56,804 bases of DNA from Clostridia bacterium (GTDB lineage Bacteria; Bacillota; Clostridia; Oscillospirales; CAG-272), in assembly GCA_017550115.1 (NCBI GenBank), contig JAFYLR010000016.1:1-56804 (forward strand), written 5' to 3'. Shown here piece after piece: positions 20,709-27,819 of this stretch. The stretch's first letter is position 1. Each line of letters opens with the position of its first letter. The notes under the pieces are model-generated. The model did no database searches. It worked only from the letters and a program-made list of their open reading frames with translations, and was not told the DNA's origin. The position numbers and the translations under genes were made by a program.

Positions 20709-21797
20709 TTATACTCCGAATTTTGCCGCGATGCTATCTGTATCAAGCTTTGAGCCGATAACGCAGAGCCTACCGATTATATCTGCGCTTCCTGTGCGTA
20801 CGTCTGACTCTCCCGGTACATAATCGAAATGTATCCAACGACCATCCTTGCCCTCGAGGATCCCTTTTGCACGAAGAACTATACCGCACTTGCCCTCGTC
20901 AAACTCATCGAGGACAGAGCGGATTTCTTCCTCTGTGAATTTCTTTGCTGTTTCTATTCCCCAGCTTGAGAAAACGTCATCCGCGTGGTGATGGTGGTGA
21001 TGCTCGTGGTCATGACAGCCACAATTGCAATCTTCGCTATGAACGTGCTCATGGTGATGATGCTCATGCTTATGATCGTGATCGTGATGTTCATGGTGAT
21101 GCTCGTGATCATGGCAACCGCAGGAACAGTGTTCGTCATGTTCGTGTTCGTGATGATGCTCGTGAACTTCCTCGCTGAGTGATTGCAGTTCGTTTTCGAG
21201 CGAATTTTTCTTTTCCATTGCCGCCAATAGCTGTGCTCCGCTGAGCTTATCCCAATCGGTCGTGATGATTGTGGCATCGGGATTATGAGAGCGCAGCAGC
21301 TCTACCGCTTTTTCTATTTTATCCTCGGAGGCTGAGCCTGTGCGGCTGAGAACGATACAGAGTGCGTTTTCTATCTGGTCGCAGAAGAACTCTCCGAAGT
21401 TTTTAATATACATTTTGCATTTGTTGACGTCCGCTACGGTAGTAAAAGAATTAAGGGAGACGTTTTTATCATCTATATTGCGTACCGCACGTATAACGTC
21501 ACTCAGCTTTCCGACACCCGATGGCTCGATGAGTATTCTGTCGGGCTTAAATTCCTTTAACACCTTTTTCAGAGCCTCGCCGAAATCTCCCACAAGAGAA
21601 CAGCAGATGCACCCGGAGTTCATCTCAGTTATCTCTATGCCGGAATCCTGCAGAAAGCCACCGTCTATCCCTATTTCTCCGAATTCGTTTTCGATAAGCA
21701 CGAGTTTTTCACCCGCATAGGCCTCTTTTATAAGCTTTTTTATAAGCGTTGTCTTTCCTGCTCCGAGAAATCCGGAAAAAATATCTATTTTCGTCAT
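20709..21797 (-). CDS. COG0523/CobW-family G3E GTPase (putative zinc metallochaperone) with Cys/His-rich insert
   Basis: Walker A GFLGAGKTT and the metal motif GCICCS are present, with a CobW_C-like tail. A roughly 60-aa insert reads HEHHHEHEHDEHCSCGCHDHEHHHEHHDHDHKHEHHHHEHVHSEDCNCGCHDHEHHHHHH. Confidence 0.85.
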   Translation of the reverse strand: MTKIDIFSGFLGAGKTTLIKKLIKEAYAGEKLVLIENEFGEIGIDGGFLQDSGIEITEMNSGCICCSLVGDFGEALKKVLKEFKPDRILIEPSGVGKLSDVIRAVRNIDDKNVSLNSFTTVADVNKCKMYIKNFGEFFCDQIENALCIVLSRTGSASEDKIEKAVELLRSHNPDATIITTDWDKLSGAQLLAAMEKKNSLENELQSLSEEVHEHHHEHEHDEHCSCGCHDHEHHHEHHDHDHKHEHHHHEHVHSEDCNCGCHDHEHHHHHHADDVFSSWGIETAKKFTEEEIRSVLDEFDEGKCGIVLRAKGILEGKDGRWIHFDYVPGESDVRTGSADIIGRLCVIGSKLDTDSIAAKFGV

Positions 21798-21830
21798 TTT
21801 ATCTCCTTACACTTTAACTAAAAGATAATT

Positions 21831-21869
21831 ATAATGTATCATTATACAACCTTTTTTGAAAAAAAGCAA
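21831..21869 (-). promoter_or_regulatory. Promoter of the COG0523 pair, with an overlapping Fur-family-like palindrome
   Basis: On the minus strand: TTGCTT (21869-21864), 17 nt, TATAAT (21846-21841). The palindrome ATAATG-ATA-CATTAT (21831-21845) overlaps the -10. Confidence 0.45.
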
Positions 21870-21877
21870 GTTGATTA

Positions 21878-23131
21878 TCAATAATTGTAATCGTTGATTC
21901 GCTTTCCCGATAATGCGTTTACGAATATTTCTCCGTTCGGTGTGCCAAGACGGTAACAAAGGGTTTCGATCCCTTCTGTTCTTTCTATTTTGCATAACAC
22001 GGGAGATATTTCTTCTCCGTATTGCGTTTTTATATCATTTACCGATAACATTTTCTCGGGTAAAACGAGAGCTTTTGTGTGATAAAGATAGTATTTTGTA
22101 GCGTCATAAAGGCAAACTCTGCCGCTTGTGTGACTTACGCCTACGATTATCTTTTCGCTCAGACACAGAACGTTGTTTTTAGAATAGGGGATATATTCAA
22201 AAATATAGAGTCCACCTGAATGGGCGGCGGCAGACGAGGTCATTTCGATGCTTTTGATGCCGATATTTTCAAGGAAAATGTCGGCACGGCTTTTGGCTTC
22301 GGATTCGGTTACATTCGCTTCCTTTTCCGCTATGTCAAAAAGGAATTGTAAAAGCACTCCGCTTCGGGCATCTACTATCGCCGAGATATTACTTCCGCTC
22401 AGCTGATATAGCTCGGACGCACTACGCACTAGATTTGCCTTTAGCTGAGATTTAGCCCCCAGATGCTTTCGAGCTATCTTCAGTGCCTCGTTTTTTTCTA
22501 TTAAGGCTCCGCCGAGCATGGAAAACGAAGGTTTCTGTACTATTGTTCCATAACCGTTTTCGTATAGGATCGTTTCGAGAACGGTGTCTGAGAATATAAC
22601 GGAAAGCTGATCTTCAAAAGCTTTTATATCGTCAGAAAGGAAGGGCAGGGCGTTTTTTACAAGCTTTTTTGCATATCCTTCAAGCACCGCAAAAAGCTCA
22701 AGCGTTGGAGCGCTTTCGGCGGTAAAACCATTGTCGGATACTTCGGGAGGATTTTGAGCGATTCCCATTTCGAGTGCGTTTTCGGATATGATCGAGAGTG
22801 CATGGAGATATGTGAACAGCATTTCGCTGTCGGCACTTTCAAAATCGAGATGACCGAGAGTCGCCTCCGCCTGTGCAGAATACAGGCGAACGTCGGAAAG
22901 CAGAGACGGGCGGAGCTTTTCGGGACAAGTTGCAAGAGACGAGAGGGTAGAGGACAGAGCCTCGAGATTTTTTGCACTGTCGGCGAGAGTAAGATATGAA
23001 TACGCCTTTTCCTGCTCGTCTATTTCTTTTTGCAAAAGATGGCTACGATAAGCAAAGCCTGCTCCAACGGCGGCAAGTGCCGCGAAGAAGCAGGCTGTTT
23101 TTATATAAAATCTACTGTTTTTGAAATTCAA
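21878..23131 (-). CDS. PepSY-repeat membrane-anchored protein, YpeB-like (germination)
   Basis: N-terminal TM (TACFFAALAAVGAGFAY), then a coiled region, then PepSY-like endings (VDARSGVLLQF, VCLYDATKY, FVNALSGKRIN). The architecture resembles YpeB, but there is no adjacent sleB. Confidence 0.45.
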   Translation of the reverse strand: MNFKNSRFYIKTACFFAALAAVGAGFAYRSHLLQKEIDEQEKAYSYLTLADSAKNLEALSSTLSSLATCPEKLRPSLLSDVRLYSAQAEATLGHLDFESADSEMLFTYLHALSIISENALEMGIAQNPPEVSDNGFTAESAPTLELFAVLEGYAKKLVKNALPFLSDDIKAFEDQLSVIFSDTVLETILYENGYGTIVQKPSFSMLGGALIEKNEALKIARKHLGAKSQLKANLVRSASELYQLSGSNISAIVDARSGVLLQFLFDIAEKEANVTESEAKSRADIFLENIGIKSIEMTSSAAAHSGGLYIFEYIPYSKNNVLCLSEKIIVGVSHTSGRVCLYDATKYYLYHTKALVLPEKMLSVNDIKTQYGEEISPVLCKIERTEGIETLCYRLGTPNGEIFVNALSGKRINDYNY

Positions 23132-23228
23132 GGTCTCACCCCGCTTTGATACTTTAAGTATAGTTTTTCTTGCGAGGACTTAATTAACCGTGAAAAATAA
23201 CGGTTTTTGTGAGACAAAAAGGAAATGG

Positions 23229-24284
23229 TCATATAAAGCGGTTCTCTATCTTATTTCCCATTTCGTTGAATTTTTCATTTCGTATCCATTCGGCAATGCC
23301 CATTTCACTTCTGTACTCTTTGCGATTTTCAAATATGACCTGTGTATTTTTCGCTTTTGAGGATATGAGTTCACATAATTTTTGCCTAAACGATTCTGAG
23401 AAGTTTCTTTCATTTGAGCTCATAAAAATCGCATCGGGACAGAGAACGGAAATAATAGGAGAAATAGAGGAAACGACCAGATGGCAGAGTGTATCTTCGT
23501 CATACGAATTGGCTGACGATAGAACTGCGCCAAGTGTTTTTCCGTTTTCGCACATGATAGACTCAAAATCTGACCTACGCGGAAAAATTTTGCCGTCAAT
23601 AGCAAAACAGCCGACCACACCGCCATCGAGAGAAAGACTTATAACGCTTCCTTTTTTATCATCAGGCAGGCAGGAAAACTCGGAGAGTGCCGCCGCCGTT
23701 ACGTTGTTCATTATTTTGTTCGGAGCAAATCCTATGGATTTTTTCATAGTGTCTGCTATTTTAAGACCGTCTAATTCTTTCATACGTGGGGCGATAATAG
23801 TGTCTTTTTCCTCGTCGTACTCGCCGGGGACACAAATTCCCGTACCAATAAGAGTTTTTTCTGCCAAGTGACGCATCAAAAAAGAACTTGCTTTTCTGAA
23901 AAATATAATAAGATTGTCCTCGGGGAAAAGTGTATCGTTGTATTGATAAGTAAGCGAATCAAAGCTGCAAAGACGCAGATTGATGGCCGATGCACGAAAT
24001 TTAGGCGTCGAGAGGTCGAAGCAGAGAATGAATAGCTTGTCCGAGACTTCGAGCATACCTGCACGTCTGCCGGCATTGCCTGTTGCGGGTTTTGCTTGGG
24101 TGACGAGCCCTCTTTCTATGAGCAGGTCTGCAACTTTTCCCACGGTCATAAGACTGAGCGACGTTTTTTGAGCGATCTCGGCTCGGCTTATTCCGTCTGA
24201 TGACGCAATGTAAGAAAAGATTGCTTTCATATTCTCGTTTTTGATGTTTGCCTGACTTGTTTTTGAGTTTATATTTTGCGGCAT
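23229..24284 (-). CDS. ROK-family transcriptional regulator (N-terminal wHTH plus sugar-kinase-like fold)
   Basis: wHTH ISRAEIAQKTSLSLMTVGKVADLLIERGLV, followed by ROK-like beta strands. RBS GGAGGTG lies 7 nt before the ATG at 24284. The longer track ORF (to 24728) would run through the rplU promoter and gene. Confidence 0.65.
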   Translation of the reverse strand: MPQNINSKTSQANIKNENMKAIFSYIASSDGISRAEIAQKTSLSLMTVGKVADLLIERGLVTQAKPATGNAGRRAGMLEVSDKLFILCFDLSTPKFRASAINLRLCSFDSLTYQYNDTLFPEDNLIIFFRKASSFLMRHLAEKTLIGTGICVPGEYDEEKDTIIAPRMKELDGLKIADTMKKSIGFAPNKIMNNVTAAALSEFSCLPDDKKGSVISLSLDGGVVGCFAIDGKIFPRRSDFESIMCENGKTLGAVLSSANSYDEDTLCHLVVSSISPIISVLCPDAIFMSSNERNFSESFRQKLCELISSKAKNTQVIFENRKEYRSEMGIAEWIRNEKFNEMGNKIENRFI

Positions 24285-24402
24285 TTTGCGCCACCTCCGG
24301 CAATTAATAAACTTTTTTCGACTTTGTGTAATAATTATATATTTTTTTCGTGGCAGTGTCAAGGAGAAAAATGTCGAATGGAAAAATAATTTCAAAAAAC
24401 AC

Positions 24403-24431
24403 TTGACAAGCAGGGGAAATAATGTTATAAT
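24403..24431 (+). promoter_or_regulatory. Consensus sigma-A promoter of rplU-prp-rpmA
   Basis: TTGACA (24403-24408), exactly 17 nt, TATAAT (24426-24431). Confidence 0.75.
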
Positions 24432-24437
24432 AGTCTG

Positions 24438-24510
24438 CCGCTTATAAGAGGGCTTTTTTAAGTGTGCCGTTTTGGTACCGCCCTGAATAGCGAGTCTTAA
24501 AAAAGAAAGA
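24438..24510 (+). ncRNA. Putative ribosomal protein L21 leader (5' UTR element)
   Basis: The 5' UTR between the promoter and the rplU RBS is about 70 nt. It has nested pairings (AGGGC..GCCCT, GTGCC..GGTAC). An L21 leader is known in Firmicutes in exactly this position. I have not verified the structure against the covariance model. Confidence 0.35.
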
Positions 24511-24522
24511 GAGGTGCTTTTC

Positions 24523-24831
24523 GTGTTTGCAATTATTAAAACCGGCGGAAAGCAGTACAAGGTTAACGAGGGCGATATCATTTTCGTTGAGAAGCTCGAT
24601 GTTAACGAGGGCGAAACTGTTACATTTGATGTAATGGCATTATCTACCGGAGACGAATTCAAGGTTGGCGCTCCCACAGTTGAGGGTGCTAAGGTTGAAG
24701 CTAACGTCGTAAAGAACGGTAAGGGCAAGAAGCTCTATATCCTTAAGTACAAGCCCAAGAAGAACGAAAAGAAGAAGATCGGTCACAGACAGCCTTACAC
24801 AAAGGTTCAGATCACTAAGATCTCCGGCTGA
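24523..24831 (+). CDS. rplU: 50S ribosomal protein L21
   Basis: (M)[13 protein letters not shown]... starting from a GTG at 24523, downstream of AGAGAGGTG. Confidence 0.93.
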   Translation: MFAIIKTGGKQYKVNEGDIIFVEKLDVNEGETVTFDVMALSTGDEFKVGAPTVEGAKVEANVVKNGKGKKLYILKYKPKKNEKKKIGHRQPYTKVQITKISG

Positions 24832-24836
24832 TTAAC

Positions 24837-25196
24837 ATGACGAAAATCGTTTTTTATCGAAGCGGCGGAATATTCTACGGCTTCGAGGAACAGGGTCATT
24901 CGGGGTTTGGCGAGGAAGGGAATGATATTCTCTGTGCTGCACTCTCCGCTATGACAATGCTTATTATAAACTCTATTGAAATTGCATATGCTTCGGATGT
25001 TGAATACGAGATAGATGAAGCGACAACGGATATACGCGTAAGATGCAAGGCGGCTCTGCCCGAGTTTGAGGACGATGAGCGTAAGCGTTATGCGGTATCG
25101 GGCATTTTCTGTGCATATTATTATCAGCTTAATGATATGCTTGAGGAGTATTACGATTTTCTGGACGTTTCGGTCAAGGATGTTGACTACAAGTAA
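24837..25196 (+). CDS. prp: Ribosomal-processing cysteine protease Prp (YsxB family)
   Basis: GHSGFGEEGNDILCAALS contains the His/Cys dyad. The gene sits between rplU and rpmA. Confidence 0.88.
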   Translation: MTKIVFYRSGGIFYGFEEQGHSGFGEEGNDILCAALSAMTMLIINSIEIAYASDVEYEIDEATTDIRVRCKAALPEFEDDERKRYAVSGIFCAYYYQLNDMLEEYYDFLDVSVKDVDYK

Positions 25197-25259
25197 TTTT
25201 TTCAGTTGTTCTAAGTGCGAAGCGGGTCTTCCCGCAAAAGAAAAATGGAGGTAAGAATA

Positions 25260-25538
25260 ATGTTAAGACTCAGTTTGCAGTTTTTTGCTCATAAAAAAGG
25301 TGTTGGTTCTACAAAGAACGGCCGTGACAGTGAATCCAAAAGACTTGGTGTAAAGAAGGCTGACGGACAGGCTGTTAAGGCAGGTAACATTATCATCAGA
25401 CAGAGAGGTACAGCAGTACATCCCGGTAACAACGTTGGTATCGGTAAGGACGACACACTCTTTGCTCTCATCGATGGTAAGGTTAAGTTCGAGCAGAAGA
25501 CAAAGGCTAAAAAGCAGGTAAGCGTTTACGCTGACTAA
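25260..25538 (+). CDS. rpmA: 50S ribosomal protein L27 with cleavable N-terminal extension
   Basis: MLRLSLQFF|[32 protein letters not shown] lies 7 nt upstream of the ATG at 25260. The track's start at 25215 has no support. Confidence 0.93.
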   Translation: MLRLSLQFFAHKKGVGSTKNGRDSESKRLGVKKADGQAVKAGNIIIRQRGTAVHPGNNVGIGKDDTLFALIDGKVKFEQKTKAKKQVSVYAD

Positions 25539-25551
25539 TAGCATTCGGTAT

Positions 25552-25578
25552 AAAAGGACGCCTGTTGGGCGTCCTTTT
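25552..25578 (+). terminator. Intrinsic terminator after rpmA
   Basis: AAAAGGACGCC-TGTT-GGGCGTCCTTTT. Confidence 0.8.
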
Positions 25579-25652
25579 GACCTTTTAGACGTTCTTTGAC
25601 GAAAAGTGCATGGAACTCACAACGATTGCAAGGAGAATAATTGGATAAATAG

Positions 25653-25686
25653 AAAACTGCCGTTGGAAATGCAACGGCAGTTTTTT
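25653..25686. terminator. Bidirectional intrinsic terminator downstream of the XRE gene
   Basis: AAAACTGCCGTTG-GAAATG-CAACGGCAGTTTTTT. Confidence 0.8.
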
Positions 25687-25701
25687 CATAGTATATAATT
25701 T

Positions 25702-25911
25702 TTATTTTTTTGCAAATTCACGACCGAGTATAAGGTAGTCTATTGATACATTAAAATATTTGGATAATTTTATTAACATATCGATATCCGGGCTTCTTTT
25801 GCCATTTTCATAGTAAGAAAGAGCTTCTCTGCTTATTGACAAATCCATAGCAACCTTCAATTGGCTATATTTCTTTTTCTTTCTTACTTCTTTTAATCCG
25901 ATCATTTTCAT
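25702..25911 (-). CDS. XRE-family helix-turn-helix transcriptional regulator (69 aa)
   Basis: YSQLKVAMDLSISREALSYYENGKRSPDIDMLIKLSKYFNVSIDYLI is a canonical Cro/C1 HTH. RBS GAGAGGA precedes the ATG at 25911; the track's start is a TTG. Confidence 0.85.
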   Translation of the reverse strand: MKMIGLKEVRKKKKYSQLKVAMDLSISREALSYYENGKRSPDIDMLIKLSKYFNVSIDYLILGREFAKK

Positions 25912-25931
25912 AGAACATCCTCTCAAACCTC

Positions 25932-25987
25932 TTGACAATATTGTAACACTGTGTTACAATAGTTATGTAACAATTTGTTACATAACT
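25932..25987 (+). promoter_or_regulatory. Consensus promoter overlapped by two perfect palindromic operators
   Basis: TTGACA (25932-25937), 17 nt, TACAAT (25955-25960). IR1 is TTGTAACAC-T-GTGTTACAA (25941-25959). IR2 is AGTTATGTAACAA-T-TTGTTACATAACT (25961-25987). Both share the TGTAACA/TGTTACA half-site. Confidence 0.7.
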
Positions 25988-26007
25988 ATTGATAGGAGGA
26001 TATATTT

Positions 26008-26181
26008 ATGGCACGTTGCCCTTATTTGGAGTACGAATCAAGAGGGGTATTGTTTTCGCAAGGTGACTATTACTGCGATCTTTGCAAAAAATATCTTGAC
26101 AAATCCGAAGTGGATAATAAATGCAATTCATCCTACGGATGTGAGTATGAAAAATGTCCTGTTTATAAAAACAGAAAATAA
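26008..26181 (+). CDS. Unlisted 57-aa six-cysteine protein
   Basis: Below the track's size cutoff. RBS AGGAGGA lies 7 nt before the ATG at 26008. Translation: MARCPYLEYESRGVLFSQGDYYCDLCKKYLDKSEVDNKCNSSYGCEYEKCPVYKNRK. Its stop lies 11-17 nt before the Sel1 gene start. Confidence 0.6.
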   Translation: MARCPYLEYESRGVLFSQGDYYCDLCKKYLDKSEVDNKCNSSYGCEYEKCPVYKNRK

Positions 26182-26192
26182 AAGTAGAGGTA

Positions 26193-26951
26193 ATGAAAAT
26201 GACATTAGAAGAAGCAATAAACTTGGCGCAAGATGGAGATCACAGTGCAATTAGAGCGTTGGGGGATTATTATCAAAATTCTGAAAATGAAGATCATGAT
26301 TATGAAGAAGCAATCAAATGGTATACTGTGGGAGCCGAAAATGGATATTCGGACTGTATGCTTTTAGCGGCAATGTTAGGATCTATATCAGCATATTCAT
26401 GTAAAGAATTAGGTTTCTATGATAGTTCTATCAGCAATGCTGAGAAAGCACTATTTTGGGCAGAAAAAGCGTTGGAAAAAGGTCAGGATTCGGCAAAAGA
26501 AACCATTTTAACAATAAAAGGAGAAATGGGTATTGCATATTACTATTCATCCACGGAAGAACATGATGCTTCCGTAAAGTCTGAAAAATTGTCAAAGGCA
26601 ATTTCGTTTATGCTCCCTATATACAACAGAACAAGCAGCAAAGAGGTGTTGCTTTGTTTAGGGTTGGCTATAACGGCTTATGAAAAATTTGCAGGATATT
26701 CTTATGATGATTGTTTCCTTGCACACAGCCTATTAAAGAGATGTGTTGACGATTATTTTTTAGAATTGAAAAACGCAAAAATAGCAGCTGCGTTTTTGGG
26801 ATTAAATTATACATATGGACACGGTTGTGAAGTGGATTATGACAAGGCGGTACACTATTATCAAATTGCTAACAACGCAGGGATTGATTGCAGTAAAGAA
26901 TTGAGTTGTTTTAGACCAAAGTTGTTTGGTGGTTACAAATTTATTGGATAA
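26193..26951 (+). CDS. Sel1-like (TPR-type) repeat protein
   Basis: Repeated ...A..W(Y)..AA..G.. units are present: EEAIKWYTVGAENGYSDC, AEKALFWAEKALEKG, YDKAVHYYQIANNAGID. The alternative ATG at 26199 has better RBS spacing. Confidence 0.7.
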   Translation: MKMTLEEAINLAQDGDHSAIRALGDYYQNSENEDHDYEEAIKWYTVGAENGYSDCMLLAAMLGSISAYSCKELGFYDSSISNAEKALFWAEKALEKGQDSAKETILTIKGEMGIAYYYSSTEEHDASVKSEKLSKAISFMLPIYNRTSSKEVLLCLGLAITAYEKFAGYSYDDCFLAHSLLKRCVDDYFLELKNAKIAAAFLGLNYTYGHGCEVDYDKAVHYYQIANNAGIDCSKELSCFRPKLFGGYKFIG

Positions 26952-26969
26952 TATATACTCATAAAAGCG

Positions 26970-27001
26970 AAGAGCATATCCAAAAGTGGATATGCTCTTT
27001 T
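26970..27001 (+). terminator. Intrinsic terminator after the Sel1 gene
   Basis: AAGAGCATATCC-AAAAGT-GGATATGCTCTTTT. Confidence 0.8.
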
Positions 27002-27098
27002 GCTTCTTCTATAACAACTAACTTTCTTTTTCGTCACTTTTAACCATCAAAAGCTAAAAATTTCACATAATCTTTTCAATATTTATTTGGAAAAAAGA

Positions 27099-27127
27099 TT
27101 TACAAACGTCGATTTTTGTGATATAAT
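27099..27127 (+). promoter_or_regulatory. Sigma-A-type promoter of the pduL operon
   Basis: TTTACA (27099-27104), 17 nt, TATAAT (27122-27127). Confidence 0.6.
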
Positions 27128-27205
27128 TAACAATGGCGTAGATTGTATGATCTCGCCACACCGTAATGTCTTGAAAATTTTTATCATAACATAAAGGAGA
27201 CAATC

Positions 27206-27778
27206 ATGGAAAACAAGATTTTGGTGGAGACTTCCGCTCGACACATTCACCTCACAGATGAAGCTGTTGAAGTGCTTTTCGGCGCAGGTCACATACTTAC
27301 AAAGAAGAAAGATCTCAGTCAGCCCGGCCAGTATGCGTGCGAGGAAAAGGTTGAGGTTGTAGGCCCTAAAAGCTCGCTTAAAATGAGCGTTCTCGGCCCG
27401 ACAAGACCTGAATCACAGGTAGAGCTTTCCTTTACCGACGCTCGTACTATCGGTGTTTCAGCTCCCGTAAGAGAGAGCGGAGATGTAGCAGGTACTCCCG
27501 GTATCACTCTCAGAGGTCCTGCGGGTGAAGTAACGCTTGAGAACGGCGTTATCATCGCAAAGCGCCACATACATATCACTCCCGAAGACGCAGAGTCTCT
27601 CGGCGTTGCGGACAAGGAGATCGTGAAGGTTAAGATCACAAGCGACGGAAGATCTACGATATATGATGACGTTGTTATCCGTGTTAAGTCAACTTTCGCT
27701 ACAGCTATGCACATCGATACAGACGAGTGCAACGCTGCGGGTGCTTTCGGTGTAGTTTACGGTGAGATCGTAAAGTAA
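27206..27778 (+). CDS. pduL: PduL-type phosphate acyltransferase (phosphate propanoyl/acetyltransferase)
   Basis: Two PduL half-domains with SARHIHL and AKRHIHITPEDA motifs, plus the C-terminal MHIDTDE. Confidence 0.85.
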   Translation: MENKILVETSARHIHLTDEAVEVLFGAGHILTKKKDLSQPGQYACEEKVEVVGPKSSLKMSVLGPTRPESQVELSFTDARTIGVSAPVRESGDVAGTPGITLRGPAGEVTLENGVIIAKRHIHITPEDAESLGVADKEIVKVKITSDGRSTIYDDVVIRVKSTFATAMHIDTDECNAAGAFGVVYGEIVK

Positions 27779-27819
27779 TTGATTTTTATTAAAAATAATT
27801 TTTACAAGGAGAATAAAAA

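Noticed and set aside
20945-21277. Several 65-107-aa ORFs on both strands within the His-rich region
   Set aside because: They are artefacts of the CAC/CAT/GAT low-complexity coding repeat of the COG0523 insert. Any frame stays open there.
23229-24728. The 499-aa version of the ROK regulator ORF, extending upstream across 24285-24728
   Set aside because: The extension has no RBS and is low-complexity (S/T/L/P-rich). It would run antisense through the consensus rplU promoter and the first 70 codons of rplU. A strong GGAGGTG RBS supports the internal ATG at 24284.
26063-26254. 63-aa track ORF spanning the junction of the Cys-rich ORF and the Sel1 gene
   Set aside because: It is in a different frame and overlaps two better-supported genes. 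It has no RBS, and its 'start' lies inside the 57-aa ORF.
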